From: a virus
Taxonomy: Duplodnaviria > Caudoviricetes
Reading direction: 5' to 3' (one strand)
DNA: 64,000 nt
Virus record (IMG/VR): IMGVR_UViG_3300046787_000508
Coordinates: 138,895-202,894 of that record
How positions within the stretch are numbered: position 1 is the stretch's first letter; each line of letters begins with the position of its first letter. The notes beneath the pieces were generated by a model, which saw nothing but the letters and a program-made list of their open reading frames with translations, did not search any database and had not been told where the DNA came from. This document shows positions 55,938 through 64,000 of the stretch, piece by piece. The translations under genes and the position numbers were made by a program.

Positions 55938-56786
55938 ATGGCAAAATTATCAGTATGGACAGGTTCGTCTGCACCTCAATCTTTTATTACCAAGGGTAAA
56001 CATAGATTAAAGCAACACATTGACACCGTATATCTTAACAACGGTGATGAGTTCGAAGTAGAACTCTATAATCCAACCCCAACTAAAGTCTTAGCTAAAA
56101 TCGAAATGAATGGTAACTCCATCGGTTCGGGTATTATACTTCGTCCTGGTGAAAGAGTATTCCTCGAGAGATACTTGGATGAGGCTAAGAAGTTTTTATT
56201 TGAAACCTATGAGGTTAACGGTAAAAACAGTGAGGTACAAAAAGCAATAATGAATAACGGTAGTGTGGTTGTAAAGTTCTACGAGGAACAAAAAATAACG
56301 TCATTTACTAACGTATCCTACCAACCTTGGTACGGAACGAGTCTAAGTAATACACTATCAGGTTCTTCGACTGGAGTTGCAACATTTACAACGACAGGTG
56401 GTTCTTTTAACTCAACAACCACAAACATATCAAATATTAACTCAACATTTACATCGGGTAACACAGCATTTTACAATTCATCAAACGTATCTAACACTAT
56501 AGGTGGTGAACGTAGAATAACTAAAAAATTAAATGATGTAACATTAGATGCGATAAAAACAATGGAAACCGGTAGAGTGGAAAAAGGTTCCAACTCAAAT
56601 CAGTCATTCTCAACGGACTATAGTAATTTTAATTATTATCCAATGTCAACAGATACTTGGAAAATATTACCGAATTCTCAGAAGTTATTAACGAGAGAAG
56701 ATTTAGTAATCTATTGTACTGAGTGTGGGTCAAAAAGAAAAAAAGACACACATAAGTTCTGCCCTAGTTGTGGAACAAAATTCTAA
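55938..56786 (+). CDS. hypothetical protein with low-complexity S/T/N linker and C-terminal zinc ribbon
   Basis: YCTECG...KFCPSCG; likely start MAKLSV at 55938. Confidence 0.75.
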   Translation: MAKLSVWTGSSAPQSFITKGKHRLKQHIDTVYLNNGDEFEVELYNPTPTKVLAKIEMNGNSIGSGIILRPGERVFLERYLDEAKKFLFETYEVNGKNSEVQKAIMNNGSVVVKFYEEQKITSFTNVSYQPWYGTSLSNTLSGSSTGVATFTTTGGSFNSTTTNISNINSTFTSGNTAFYNSSNVSNTIGGERRITKKLNDVTLDAIKTMETGRVEKGSNSNQSFSTDYSNFNYYPMSTDTWKILPNSQKLLTREDLVIYCTECGSKRKKDTHKFCPSCGTKF

Positions 56787-56807
56787 ATAAACTAATCACA
56801 AGGTCAT

Positions 56808-56837
56808 AAAAAAGGAGAACGTAGTGTTCTCCTTTTT
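56808..56837. terminator. bidirectional terminator
   Basis: AAAAAAGGAGAAC-GTAGT-GTTCTCCTTTTTT. Confidence 0.75.
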
Positions 56838-57049
56838 TAATAATATAGTTTTTTGATTGGTTTCTTGAAGAACACGGAAAAATCTCCAGTTACCTTTTCC
56901 TTTATCTCATAGATAAATTCAAAACAATCAAGACACAAATCAACCTTAAACGTGTACAACTTAAATTCGTTGTCAAGTACCTTGTAATTTTCTCTAATTC
57001 TCGTAGGGTTTTGACAACCTCTACAATTACATACGTTTGTCATAAGCAT
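56837..57049 (-). CDS. small Cys-containing protein
   Basis: CNCRGC...LCLDC. Confidence 0.55.
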   Translation of the reverse strand: MLMTNVCNCRGCQNPTRIRENYKVLDNEFKLYTFKVDLCLDCFEFIYEIKEKVTGDFSVFFKKPIKKLYY

Positions 57050-57072
57050 AAAAAAACCCCGATAATACGAGG

Positions 57073-57630
57073 TTAAATTTTTGGAAAATATACATATGAC
57101 GGTTGTCTATATGTACCAAATTCTTTTAATGATTGGATTGTCCTGTGCCAACCTTCTAATAGTTCTAAACCATTTGGTCTATAAATTGCTATTATCGGTT
57201 CATTGGATGGACTACCTTGTTTTTTAATGAGTGATAATTGTGTTTGGTGCCTCTCAGAATCGTTCGGTACCTCGAATGGATTTTCATCCCCACCTTTTCT
57301 TGATAATATTTTTTCCTTAGTCTTAGGTTCAAATTTATCGATATTAATGTCCAATACGCTAAATCTCCATTCACCTGGACCGTATTCATTAATAAAACGT
57401 CTAACAAGTGTTTCAGTAAGCTTTCGATACGAGTTTGGTGTATCCCTTTCACTATAGTCTTTTGTGTTTTTATATAACCAATCCATCAATACGTATTCAG
57501 GCCATTCCTGTCCTGTCATTTGTTTCGTTTTGTCCTTCACATATTGATAGTGTGAACGTCTCAGTTCATCTATTTCAATCTCCTCTTTTATGAGGTACTG
57601 CAATTGGTTTTCGTTTATTAGTATTTTCAT
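57073..57630 (-). CDS. ParB/Srx-like domain protein with LINENQL motif
   Basis: PIIAIY...LELLEGWHR. Confidence 0.6.
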   Translation of the reverse strand: MKILINENQLQYLIKEEIEIDELRRSHYQYVKDKTKQMTGQEWPEYVLMDWLYKNTKDYSERDTPNSYRKLTETLVRRFINEYGPGEWRFSVLDINIDKFEPKTKEKILSRKGGDENPFEVPNDSERHQTQLSLIKKQGSPSNEPIIAIYRPNGLELLEGWHRTIQSLKEFGTYRQPSYVYFPKI

Positions 57631-59456
57631 TATATGTTTTTCTTAAATGTAACAAAAGTTTCAAATAATTTGTAGTTTGTAACGTAAGTTGCTAAATTAT
57701 CAATTTGAATTCCTCCCGAATAACTTTTGTTCGTGTCCTTGTTATAATAATCAACATCAACAGAACCTTTACCACAATCAATATCCATGGATTTTAATTT
57801 AAGTGATATATGTTCATTCTCAAATGAAGTTGACCCCTTAAACACGTCACGAATAATAGTGTTCAATTTCTTTCTCATTTCCACACAACCTTCAGAACCC
57901 TCACTATCCTCCATTAACTTATCGAAATACGAATCCATTGTTCTAACGAACGTCGAATTATCACCGTATTTTGGGTAAACCATATCAAAATTATAAATCG
58001 GTTCATACTCTTCCGTTATAATATTATAATGGTCAATATACATATCCATTACATCCTGTACTGAATACGAATCCTCATCAATTTTAACAATACCCTTCAA
58101 TATAAGAAACTGAACAAAATATACAACATTAACACTATATTCCTCATCTCTATATCCGAAGTCAATGTATTTTTCAACGTCATCCGCGGCAACCCCATTT
58201 TCAGTTTCGTAACCTTCTCGAGATAAATCCGCAATCGTGTCAATGAAATCATCTTTAATGTCGTTATTGTGTAGGAAATTCTCAAAATAATTATTCTCAA
58301 ATGTTTGGTAATCTTGTATACCTAATTTGGATGATAAATCGTAACTATTCTCCTCATAATAAGCCTTAAAATATGGTAGTAATTCTACCTTATAGTCCTC
58401 ATCACTATAGTATCTATCTTGTACATCATTATAGACAAACTCATAACCATTGTCTTCCTCATATCTATAATGATTGATTGAACGCATGGTATAACTAGCT
58501 TCCCCGTTTATTTCTCTAACAGGAATTACTAATCTACCTTTATTAATCTCAATAGGTCCGTCAATTTCATCATCGATGATTAAGTTGGAAACACTTTCCT
58601 CGTCATCATTCATTATCGCCAACGCCAGAGGGTTGTCAACATTACCAATTGATTTCTTTAATAACTCAACACCCTCTTCGTCGGATAATAAATAAATTCT
58701 ACTAATTTCAAGTGCCGATTGTTCTTTACTCACTTCTTTAGTTAAAGACGGGAAGAAGTAATGTTTTAGTTCATCCTTATTTATAAAGAATTCGGACTTA
58801 TCGATTTGTTTATCGTTAATATCCATGAACTGTTTGGTTTCAAAATGGAATTGGTATTTGTCATCGTGATTGGTTTTATTAATCATGATGTATAATGGTC
58901 CACGTTTACTGTAGTGATTAAACATGTTACCTCTTTCCTTGTGTTTCTTGTTCAATGCGTATGGACCCCATGTTGTGCACCATTCAGTCGAAACTCCAAG
59001 ATAACATGCACCCTTCTCAGTTAAAGGTTGGTAAATCACCCAATCCTCACCATTATGAAGGAGTTTATAATCTTCACTAGGTGAAAGATGTTTCAATATT
59101 TCAACAAAGTTCTTCGTGTCTTGTACAATGTATTGTTTAACAATATTATACAAATCACCCAATTCTTTAATTTTGGAAATCTCTATAGGAGTGTTATGTT
59201 TGTAAACATATTCTAAGTATTCTTTCGCTTTGTCCAAATCCTCAGTTTTCAAACCACCCTTTTGGTACATACTAATAAGAAGTTTTGAAAACTTACCCAT
59301 TCTTGCAATTACGGTTCCATCGTCTATTTTTGTTTGTGGGTCGGCACTAACAATTAAAAGAAATTCTTCATAAGGTATTTTACTATAATACTTTTGATAT
59401 ATTTCACTTCCCGATAACTCCGTTAATAATTCTTCTACTATTCTTGAAAACTTCAT
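57630..59456 (-). CDS. large acidic hypothetical protein (WC motif)
   Basis: GACYLG.STEWCT...GPLYIMINK...KYQFHF. Confidence 0.75.
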   Translation of the reverse strand: MKFSRIVEELLTELSGSEIYQKYYSKIPYEEFLLIVSADPQTKIDDGTVIARMGKFSKLLISMYQKGGLKTEDLDKAKEYLEYVYKHNTPIEISKIKELGDLYNIVKQYIVQDTKNFVEILKHLSPSEDYKLLHNGEDWVIYQPLTEKGACYLGVSTEWCTTWGPYALNKKHKERGNMFNHYSKRGPLYIMINKTNHDDKYQFHFETKQFMDINDKQIDKSEFFINKDELKHYFFPSLTKEVSKEQSALEISRIYLLSDEEGVELLKKSIGNVDNPLALAIMNDDEESVSNLIIDDEIDGPIEINKGRLVIPVREINGEASYTMRSINHYRYEEDNGYEFVYNDVQDRYYSDEDYKVELLPYFKAYYEENSYDLSSKLGIQDYQTFENNYFENFLHNNDIKDDFIDTIADLSREGYETENGVAADDVEKYIDFGYRDEEYSVNVVYFVQFLILKGIVKIDEDSYSVQDVMDMYIDHYNIITEEYEPIYNFDMVYPKYGDNSTFVRTMDSYFDKLMEDSEGSEGCVEMRKKLNTIIRDVFKGSTSFENEHISLKLKSMDIDCGKGSVDVDYYNKDTNKSYSGGIQIDNLATYVTNYKLFETFVTFKKNI

Positions 59457-59555
59457 ACTGTATATAAATACCTGTTTTTTGATATAAGAGCAAAAAAATA
59501 ACCTCTTACCGTTAAGTGAAGAGGTTAGATTATATCAATCGCTTATTTTTTTTTA

Positions 59556-60467
59556 TTATAAAATAGATAAACCGTTGTATTTCACTGATTCAGATAAAAT
59601 TGTTAATGAATCTGTACCTGTGAAACTGTTGTATCTTTCAAAAAATTCACGTAGGAATCCTTGAATTGCTCCGACTGCCGAACCGGCCATACCCGCAGCT
59701 CTGTTTGCGATGTTAGTTGCAGCACCTTGAACGGCATCTACACCTTTACTAACCGCACCGGCAACTTTCTGCCCAATTTTCTTAACACCACTAACGGCGT
59801 CATTAAATGCTACACCCACTTGTTGTGCAATTGTATCGTATTGTTGTTTAATCCACCCACCAAGTGCACCTGCCCATTCTTTAACTGAAGTTGCGGCAAT
59901 TAGAATTTTACCCCACATCATTGTTCCAAATTGTTTGAATTGGTTGATAATCCATTTCACAATTGAGATACCACTATCTTTTAAAGAGTTTAATTGTGCG
60001 CTAACGTATTTTGCACCTTTAGAAACCATGATACCGGCAGCAGTTAATGTTATAAGACCCGCTTTAGTGATGGCTGTTGCCCCTGATACGGTAGCTTTAC
60101 CTGTTGATGATAAGAACTTAAGTAATGCGTTTCCAATTGCTGCCGTTACTTTATAAACACCTTTACCAATTAAAAACACAATTGCTGTACCATATATAAC
60201 AACGTTAAACACAACCTTACCGATTGTTACCACAACTTGTTTACCAAATTTGGCAACTTCGATAGATGCATCCCCCACGGCTTTTACACCTGTGTTTACT
60301 GCTTTACCAATTGCTTGTTTGGCGGCTTGTTTAGCTGCGTACGCTGCTTGGTCGGAACTTTGTCTCTTTTGTTGAAACTCTTGACCCATGTTTAAGTTTT
60401 GTTCTTCAATTATCTTTTCAATAATTTTCTGTAACTCACTCTCAGTTAATTTTATACTTTTTCCCAT
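59556..60467 (-). CDS. Ala/Gly-rich amphipathic helical protein with LTESEL motif
   Basis: Tape-measure-like composition; TATTTATA upstream. Confidence 0.65.
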   Translation of the reverse strand: MGKSIKLTESELQKIIEKIIEEQNLNMGQEFQQKRQSSDQAAYAAKQAAKQAIGKAVNTGVKAVGDASIEVAKFGKQVVVTIGKVVFNVVIYGTAIVFLIGKGVYKVTAAIGNALLKFLSSTGKATVSGATAITKAGLITLTAAGIMVSKGAKYVSAQLNSLKDSGISIVKWIINQFKQFGTMMWGKILIAATSVKEWAGALGGWIKQQYDTIAQQVGVAFNDAVSGVKKIGQKVAGAVSKGVDAVQGAATNIANRAAGMAGSAVGAIQGFLREFFERYNSFTGTDSLTILSESVKYNGLSIL

Positions 60468-60506
60468 TTTTTTATTTTATTTCTATAAATATTAAATATT
60501 TTGTTA

Positions 60507-60833
60507 TTATTTGTGTTTAATGATTAATTCCCCTAAAACTTCAATTAAACCAACCAATTTCTGGAATTCAACTTGTTCCATGTCATTTCCAACGTCACAT
60601 AGTTTATCTAAGTGTTGTTTAAATTCTTTTTTAGATTCCTCCATGTTGAATTTTCCTTCAGAAGCTTTCTTGTAATATGGTAATTTAACCACGAAGTGGT
60701 GATAGGTTAACATAGAAGGTCCACCTTTCTCTTTTGCATTATCAACTATTTTAGTTGCACCACCTAAACGGGTTTCAGCGAATTTTTCAAATTCACCTTC
60801 TTTACCCTCGTTTAACATTTCAATTAATTTCAT
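60507..60833 (-). CDS. hypothetical protein
   Basis: MKLIEMLNE start. Confidence 0.7.
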   Translation of the reverse strand: MKLIEMLNEGKEGEFEKFAETRLGGATKIVDNAKEKGGPSMLTYHHFVVKLPYYKKASEGKFNMEESKKEFKQHLDKLCDVGNDMEQVEFQKLVGLIEVLGELIIKHK

Positions 60834-60853
60834 AAAAATAAATATCCGAAATT

Positions 60854-62077
60854 TTATAAATCTTTACGGGACAACACTTTATCAATAATTTCTATTGATT
60901 TGTCGACACCCTCTTTATCTAAAGTGAGGGGAGGAAACCCAAGAATAGAATCGTTATCCCCTGAGTAACAGAACATTACCCCTTCTTCAATCATCTCATA
61001 AACAAGACGACCCACCAGAAACACGTTATGTTTTTCATTATCTGTAAGGAATTTAATGGCAACCATCATACCAATACCACGAACTTCAAATTTGGTCTTC
61101 TTACAGTGTTTAGTGAAGACACGGGTTAATTCATTTTTCAAGTACTCACCAACCACACGGGAATTCTCACATAGATTATCATTCTCAATGATTTCAATGT
61201 TCTTGGTTGTAACGGCACATGAGAACGGTGTCCAAGCAAATGTTGCCGACACGTCCCCAAACTTAAACGATTTAAGGTGTTCCTCTTTGATTAAGACGGC
61301 ACCAATTGCAGCATACCCTGATGACATACCTTTGGCGAATATTAATCCGTCAGGTTCAATCTCGTAGTATTGTGATGCGAACATTTCACCCATCCTTCCA
61401 AAGGCGGTAATAGTCTCATCCAAGACAAGGTAAACGCCATGTTTCTTACACACCTCGTAGAACGAGCTCCAGTACCCCTTATTTGGAATAATAACTCCAC
61501 CGCTACCAAGTATTGGTTCGGCGATAAATAACTTAACCAGGGGGTTCTCTGTGAAGAATTTGTCCACATCCTCGATGGTATGTTCATTGGGTGGTGAAAG
61601 TTTCTTGGTAATATATTCTTTTCGAACGTTTGGAAGTTTGAATTTATCGATTTCACCCATTCCGAGGGTTGTTTGTGACCATCCGTGGTATGACCTTTCG
61701 AATGTTCCGATTTCCCCACCACATAGGTTATGGAATACGGATATTGCCACCTCGTTACCATTGGCACCACCGGTTGTACGAAGACATTTATATCCGGGGA
61801 AGTAGGAGGTTAGTTTCTCGGCGAGACCCAAAGCTTCAACCGTGGGCATCCACGTCGGGGCATAGTTCGAGTTAATAAGGTATTTCATTTGTGATACCAA
61901 CATCTCGGGGTGGTTATAACCGATATTGGTAACGGCATAACCTGAGGAGAGGTCAACGTACTCTTTATCTTGAATATCACGAATGGTATAGTTGGAACCG
62001 TCCTTAAAAGAAACGGGTACGTAATATGACGCACCCATTTTATCTTTTATGGTTCTATAAAGAGATTTGTTATCCAT
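60854..62077 (-). CDS. class III PLP-dependent aminotransferase
   Basis: YVDLSSG..V.NIGYNHP, SYHG, AEPILG, DETITAFGRMG, FAKG. Confidence 0.9.
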   Translation of the reverse strand: MDNKSLYRTIKDKMGASYYVPVSFKDGSNYTIRDIQDKEYVDLSSGYAVTNIGYNHPEMLVSQMKYLINSNYAPTWMPTVEALGLAEKLTSYFPGYKCLRTTGGANGNEVAISVFHNLCGGEIGTFERSYHGWSQTTLGMGEIDKFKLPNVRKEYITKKLSPPNEHTIEDVDKFFTENPLVKLFIAEPILGSGGVIIPNKGYWSSFYEVCKKHGVYLVLDETITAFGRMGEMFASQYYEIEPDGLIFAKGMSSGYAAIGAVLIKEEHLKSFKFGDVSATFAWTPFSCAVTTKNIEIIENDNLCENSRVVGEYLKNELTRVFTKHCKKTKFEVRGIGMMVAIKFLTDNEKHNVFLVGRLVYEMIEEGVMFCYSGDNDSILGFPPLTLDKEGVDKSIEIIDKVLSRKDL

Positions 62078-62508
62078 TAGATTACGGAGATAGAATGAAT
62101 TTTATCACCCACACCAATTGCATCGATAATATCCAACCCTTCAATCACTTTACCGAAACATGTATGGTTTCTATCAAGGTGTGACGTATTGTCACGACTA
62201 TGACAGATAAAGAACTGTGAACCACCGGTGTTTCTACCAGCATGTGCCATACTTAAAACCCCACGGTCATGGAATTGTTTATCGGCATTAACCTCACAAG
62301 GAATTGTGTAACCTGGTCCACCGGCACCTGTACCATTAGGACAACCCCCTTGGATAACGAAATTAGGTAGAACTCTATGGAAGTTTAATCCATCATAGAA
62401 TTTCTTACCAACCAACTCAAGGAAGTTATTTACAGTACCCGGGGTTTCGTTATCGTACAACTCGGCAATCATATCCCCTTTTGCCGTCGAAATTTTAACT
62501 TTACTCAT
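62077..62508 (-). CDS. cyclophilin-type peptidyl-prolyl isomerase
   Basis: FYDGLNFHRV..NFVIQGG, GVLSMAHAG..TGGSQFFI. Confidence 0.95.
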   Translation of the reverse strand: MSKVKISTAKGDMIAELYDNETPGTVNNFLELVGKKFYDGLNFHRVLPNFVIQGGCPNGTGAGGPGYTIPCEVNADKQFHDRGVLSMAHAGRNTGGSQFFICHSRDNTSHLDRNHTCFGKVIEGLDIIDAIGVGDKIHSISVI

Positions 62509-62614
62509 AATGTTATATGTTTATAAGTAAAATATACGAATAATATTTTAAAAAAACAAAAAGAAACCCCACCTTTTTGGGGTGGGGGTCTTTATGAGTT
62601 TCCTCAAAGTGATA

Positions 62615-62857
62615 TTATAGGAATCTATTAAATTGTGTTTTAATTTTTAAAATAGATTCATTCATTGTTTTTTCCTCTTCAGTAGGTTCAACCTCTTCTT
62701 CGGATACTTCCTCAACTTTATCATCTTCTTCAGATATCTCAGCATCAGGGTTCATAGTTAATTCACTTTCTTCTACTTCCTCTTCTTTAGAGATGTATGA
62801 ATGACGACGTTCAGTTAAACGTTTCAATTGTTCTTCGGTTATTTTTATTTTAGACAT
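62615..62857 (-). CDS. small acidic protein with ITEEQL motif
   Basis: MSKIKITEEQLKRL. Confidence 0.7.
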   Translation of the reverse strand: MSKIKITEEQLKRLTERRHSYISKEEEVEESELTMNPDAEISEEDDKVEEVSEEEVEPTEEEKTMNESILKIKTQFNRFL

Positions 62858-63041
62858 AATATATGGTTTGTTTAATAAATACCCCAAATAAATTAAAAGG
62901 ACAACCCGGCGTCGGACCGTATACCGGCGTACGAGGTTCATTTATGGGGAATAAAAAAGGGGATGAAGTAGCGAATCCTCATCCCCACGGGATTATGTAA
63001 CTAGTCCCGGCCCTAAGTCCGGTCTTCAAACCGGAGGTGTC

Positions 63042-63149
63042 TTAAGAAAGTCTACGTAGGATTTCTACGTTCTTCGCTATAAGTGCTTTTGTTTTCTTCT
63101 GAGAACGTGCACTCTTCTTTCTTGGTTGTTTTTTAACTGATTTACTCAT
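63042..63149 (-). CDS. small basic protein (35 aa)
   Basis: MSKSVKKQPRKKSARSQKKTKALIAKNVEILRRLS read by hand. Confidence 0.5.
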   Translation of the reverse strand: MSKSVKKQPRKKSARSQKKTKALIAKNVEILRRLS

Positions 63150-63165
63150 AGTGTATAATGTTGTT

Positions 63166-63411
63166 TTATCTAAAAAGTGAAAAACCTTTCTTACGGTTAG
63201 TTTGAATGATTTGTCCAATCTTCTCTCTCATTAAATCCTCATTCTTCTCAGGAGTGATTTTTTCTTTGGCCCACTGGTCGTTCAGTGCTTGTCCTGCCGT
63301 TTTCATGGCCTCGGCTTTATCGTTACGTCTTTTCATATTGATAAATAGTCCACTATCCTGTACTATCGATAAATTCGATTTCTTTTTTGGTAAACCCGTT
63401 GGGTGTATCAT
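63166..63411 (-). CDS. hypothetical protein
   Basis: ORF of 81 aa. Confidence 0.5.
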   Translation of the reverse strand: MIHPTGLPKKKSNLSIVQDSGLFINMKRRNDKAEAMKTAGQALNDQWAKEKITPEKNEDLMREKIGQIIQTNRKKGFSLFR

Positions 63412-63763
63412 GTGATTTACTCCTTGCTCTATGTGTGTGAATATAATAACCGTTTTTATCCACTCCCATACTAAACCCTGAAGGAAGTCCCTCAGATTCT
63501 ATTTTCTTCTTTAAATCAGGATGTAATTGTAATTCATTAACTTTACCACTACCCACACTTGAAATCCAATCAGAGTGGTTCTCCATAGCGTACTGACGAC
63601 ACTCATCGGATAACCCACGTACGTGTTTTATTTTCTTCTTAATATTCTCGGAACTATTGTGGTTGTCTGTTTCGTTCCACTCACCCTTGGTCATAATTCC
63701 CTTACGTTCTTTTTCCGTAAACAAATCTGACACCGCTTCTATTACAACATCTATTAATTTCAT
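63353..63763 (-). CDS. hypothetical protein
   Basis: MKLIDVVIE start; TATTTAT upstream. Confidence 0.7.
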   Translation of the reverse strand: MKLIDVVIEAVSDLFTEKERKGIMTKGEWNETDNHNSSENIKKKIKHVRGLSDECRQYAMENHSDWISSVGSGKVNELQLHPDLKKKIESEGLPSGFSMGVDKNGYYIHTHRARSKSHDTPNGFTKKEIEFIDSTG

Positions 63764-64000
63764 ATTAATAAATATAATAAATTACTATAACACATTAAAG
63801 TCCGAATTTTCAGAAAAAATCCCAAAAATTTTTTTTCTCTGTTGGGAGGGTTATTTGTCCCCACGAAGTTTTTCCCCCGAATAATATCCCCCGAAGTCGG
63901 ATTTTAGGAAAAAAATTCTGGAAAAATTTCATCGACGGCATTGTCCCCCCTATTAGAACACCCAAAATACCCTTATATAAGGGGGGATACGGGAGGGGGG

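Noticed and set aside
55845-56806. Insertion sequence or retron reading of the inverted repeat
   Set aside because: No transposase or reverse transcriptase motif in the enclosed or neighbouring genes and no target duplication seen
63008-63035. TCCGGT-CTTCAA-ACCGGA as a selenocysteine tRNA anticodon arm
   Set aside because: Loop is 6 nt and no D arm, T arm or acceptor stem surrounds it
1-64000. Genome-wide TAG reassignment (code 15) suggested by the suppressor tRNA
   Set aside because: Long genes are intact in code 11 and TAG ends genes at tight junctions (2218-2220, 43893-43895); only the Pth2-like gene needs readthrough

Overview
AT-rich, gene-dense window that is best read as part of a jumbo/huge tailed phage infecting Bacteroidota. 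Support: Bacteroidetes-type -7 promoters (TAnnTTTG), Bacteroidetes-style lipoproteins and a TonB-dependent receptor, a GH19 endolysin, many hypothetical proteins, and a recurrent putative late-promoter motif TATTTAT(A). No replication or capsid hallmark gene is recognisable in this window, so the phage call is an inference. Main blocks: (i) 0.3-7 kb acidic hypothetical proteins, a nucleotidyltransferase, KTSC and an N-terminally truncated ClpC; (ii) 8.2-17.5 kb secreted/outer-membrane cluster (CsgG-like, C-type lectin, cohesin/dockerin-like, T9SS-CTD-like); (iii) 17.5-28.5 kb translation island with 27 canonical tRNAs covering all 20 amino acids plus an amber suppressor, a Pth2-like gene with an in-frame TAG, leader-peptide attenuators and many unexplained structured RNAs; (iv) a 690-aa helical+TerD-like protein followed by seven structured ncRNA-like units sharing GGCTAT...TTACTTCTA, the last embedded in a tRNA-Asn scaffold (best candidate for a novel system, possibly Ro60/Y-RNA-like); (v) tmRNA+SmpB; (vi) putative virion-internal proteins with a shared N-terminal motif, glycosyltransferases, a TonB-dependent receptor, endolysin, aminotransferase and cyclophilin. 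All RNA structures and protein families were assigned by eye, not by computation.
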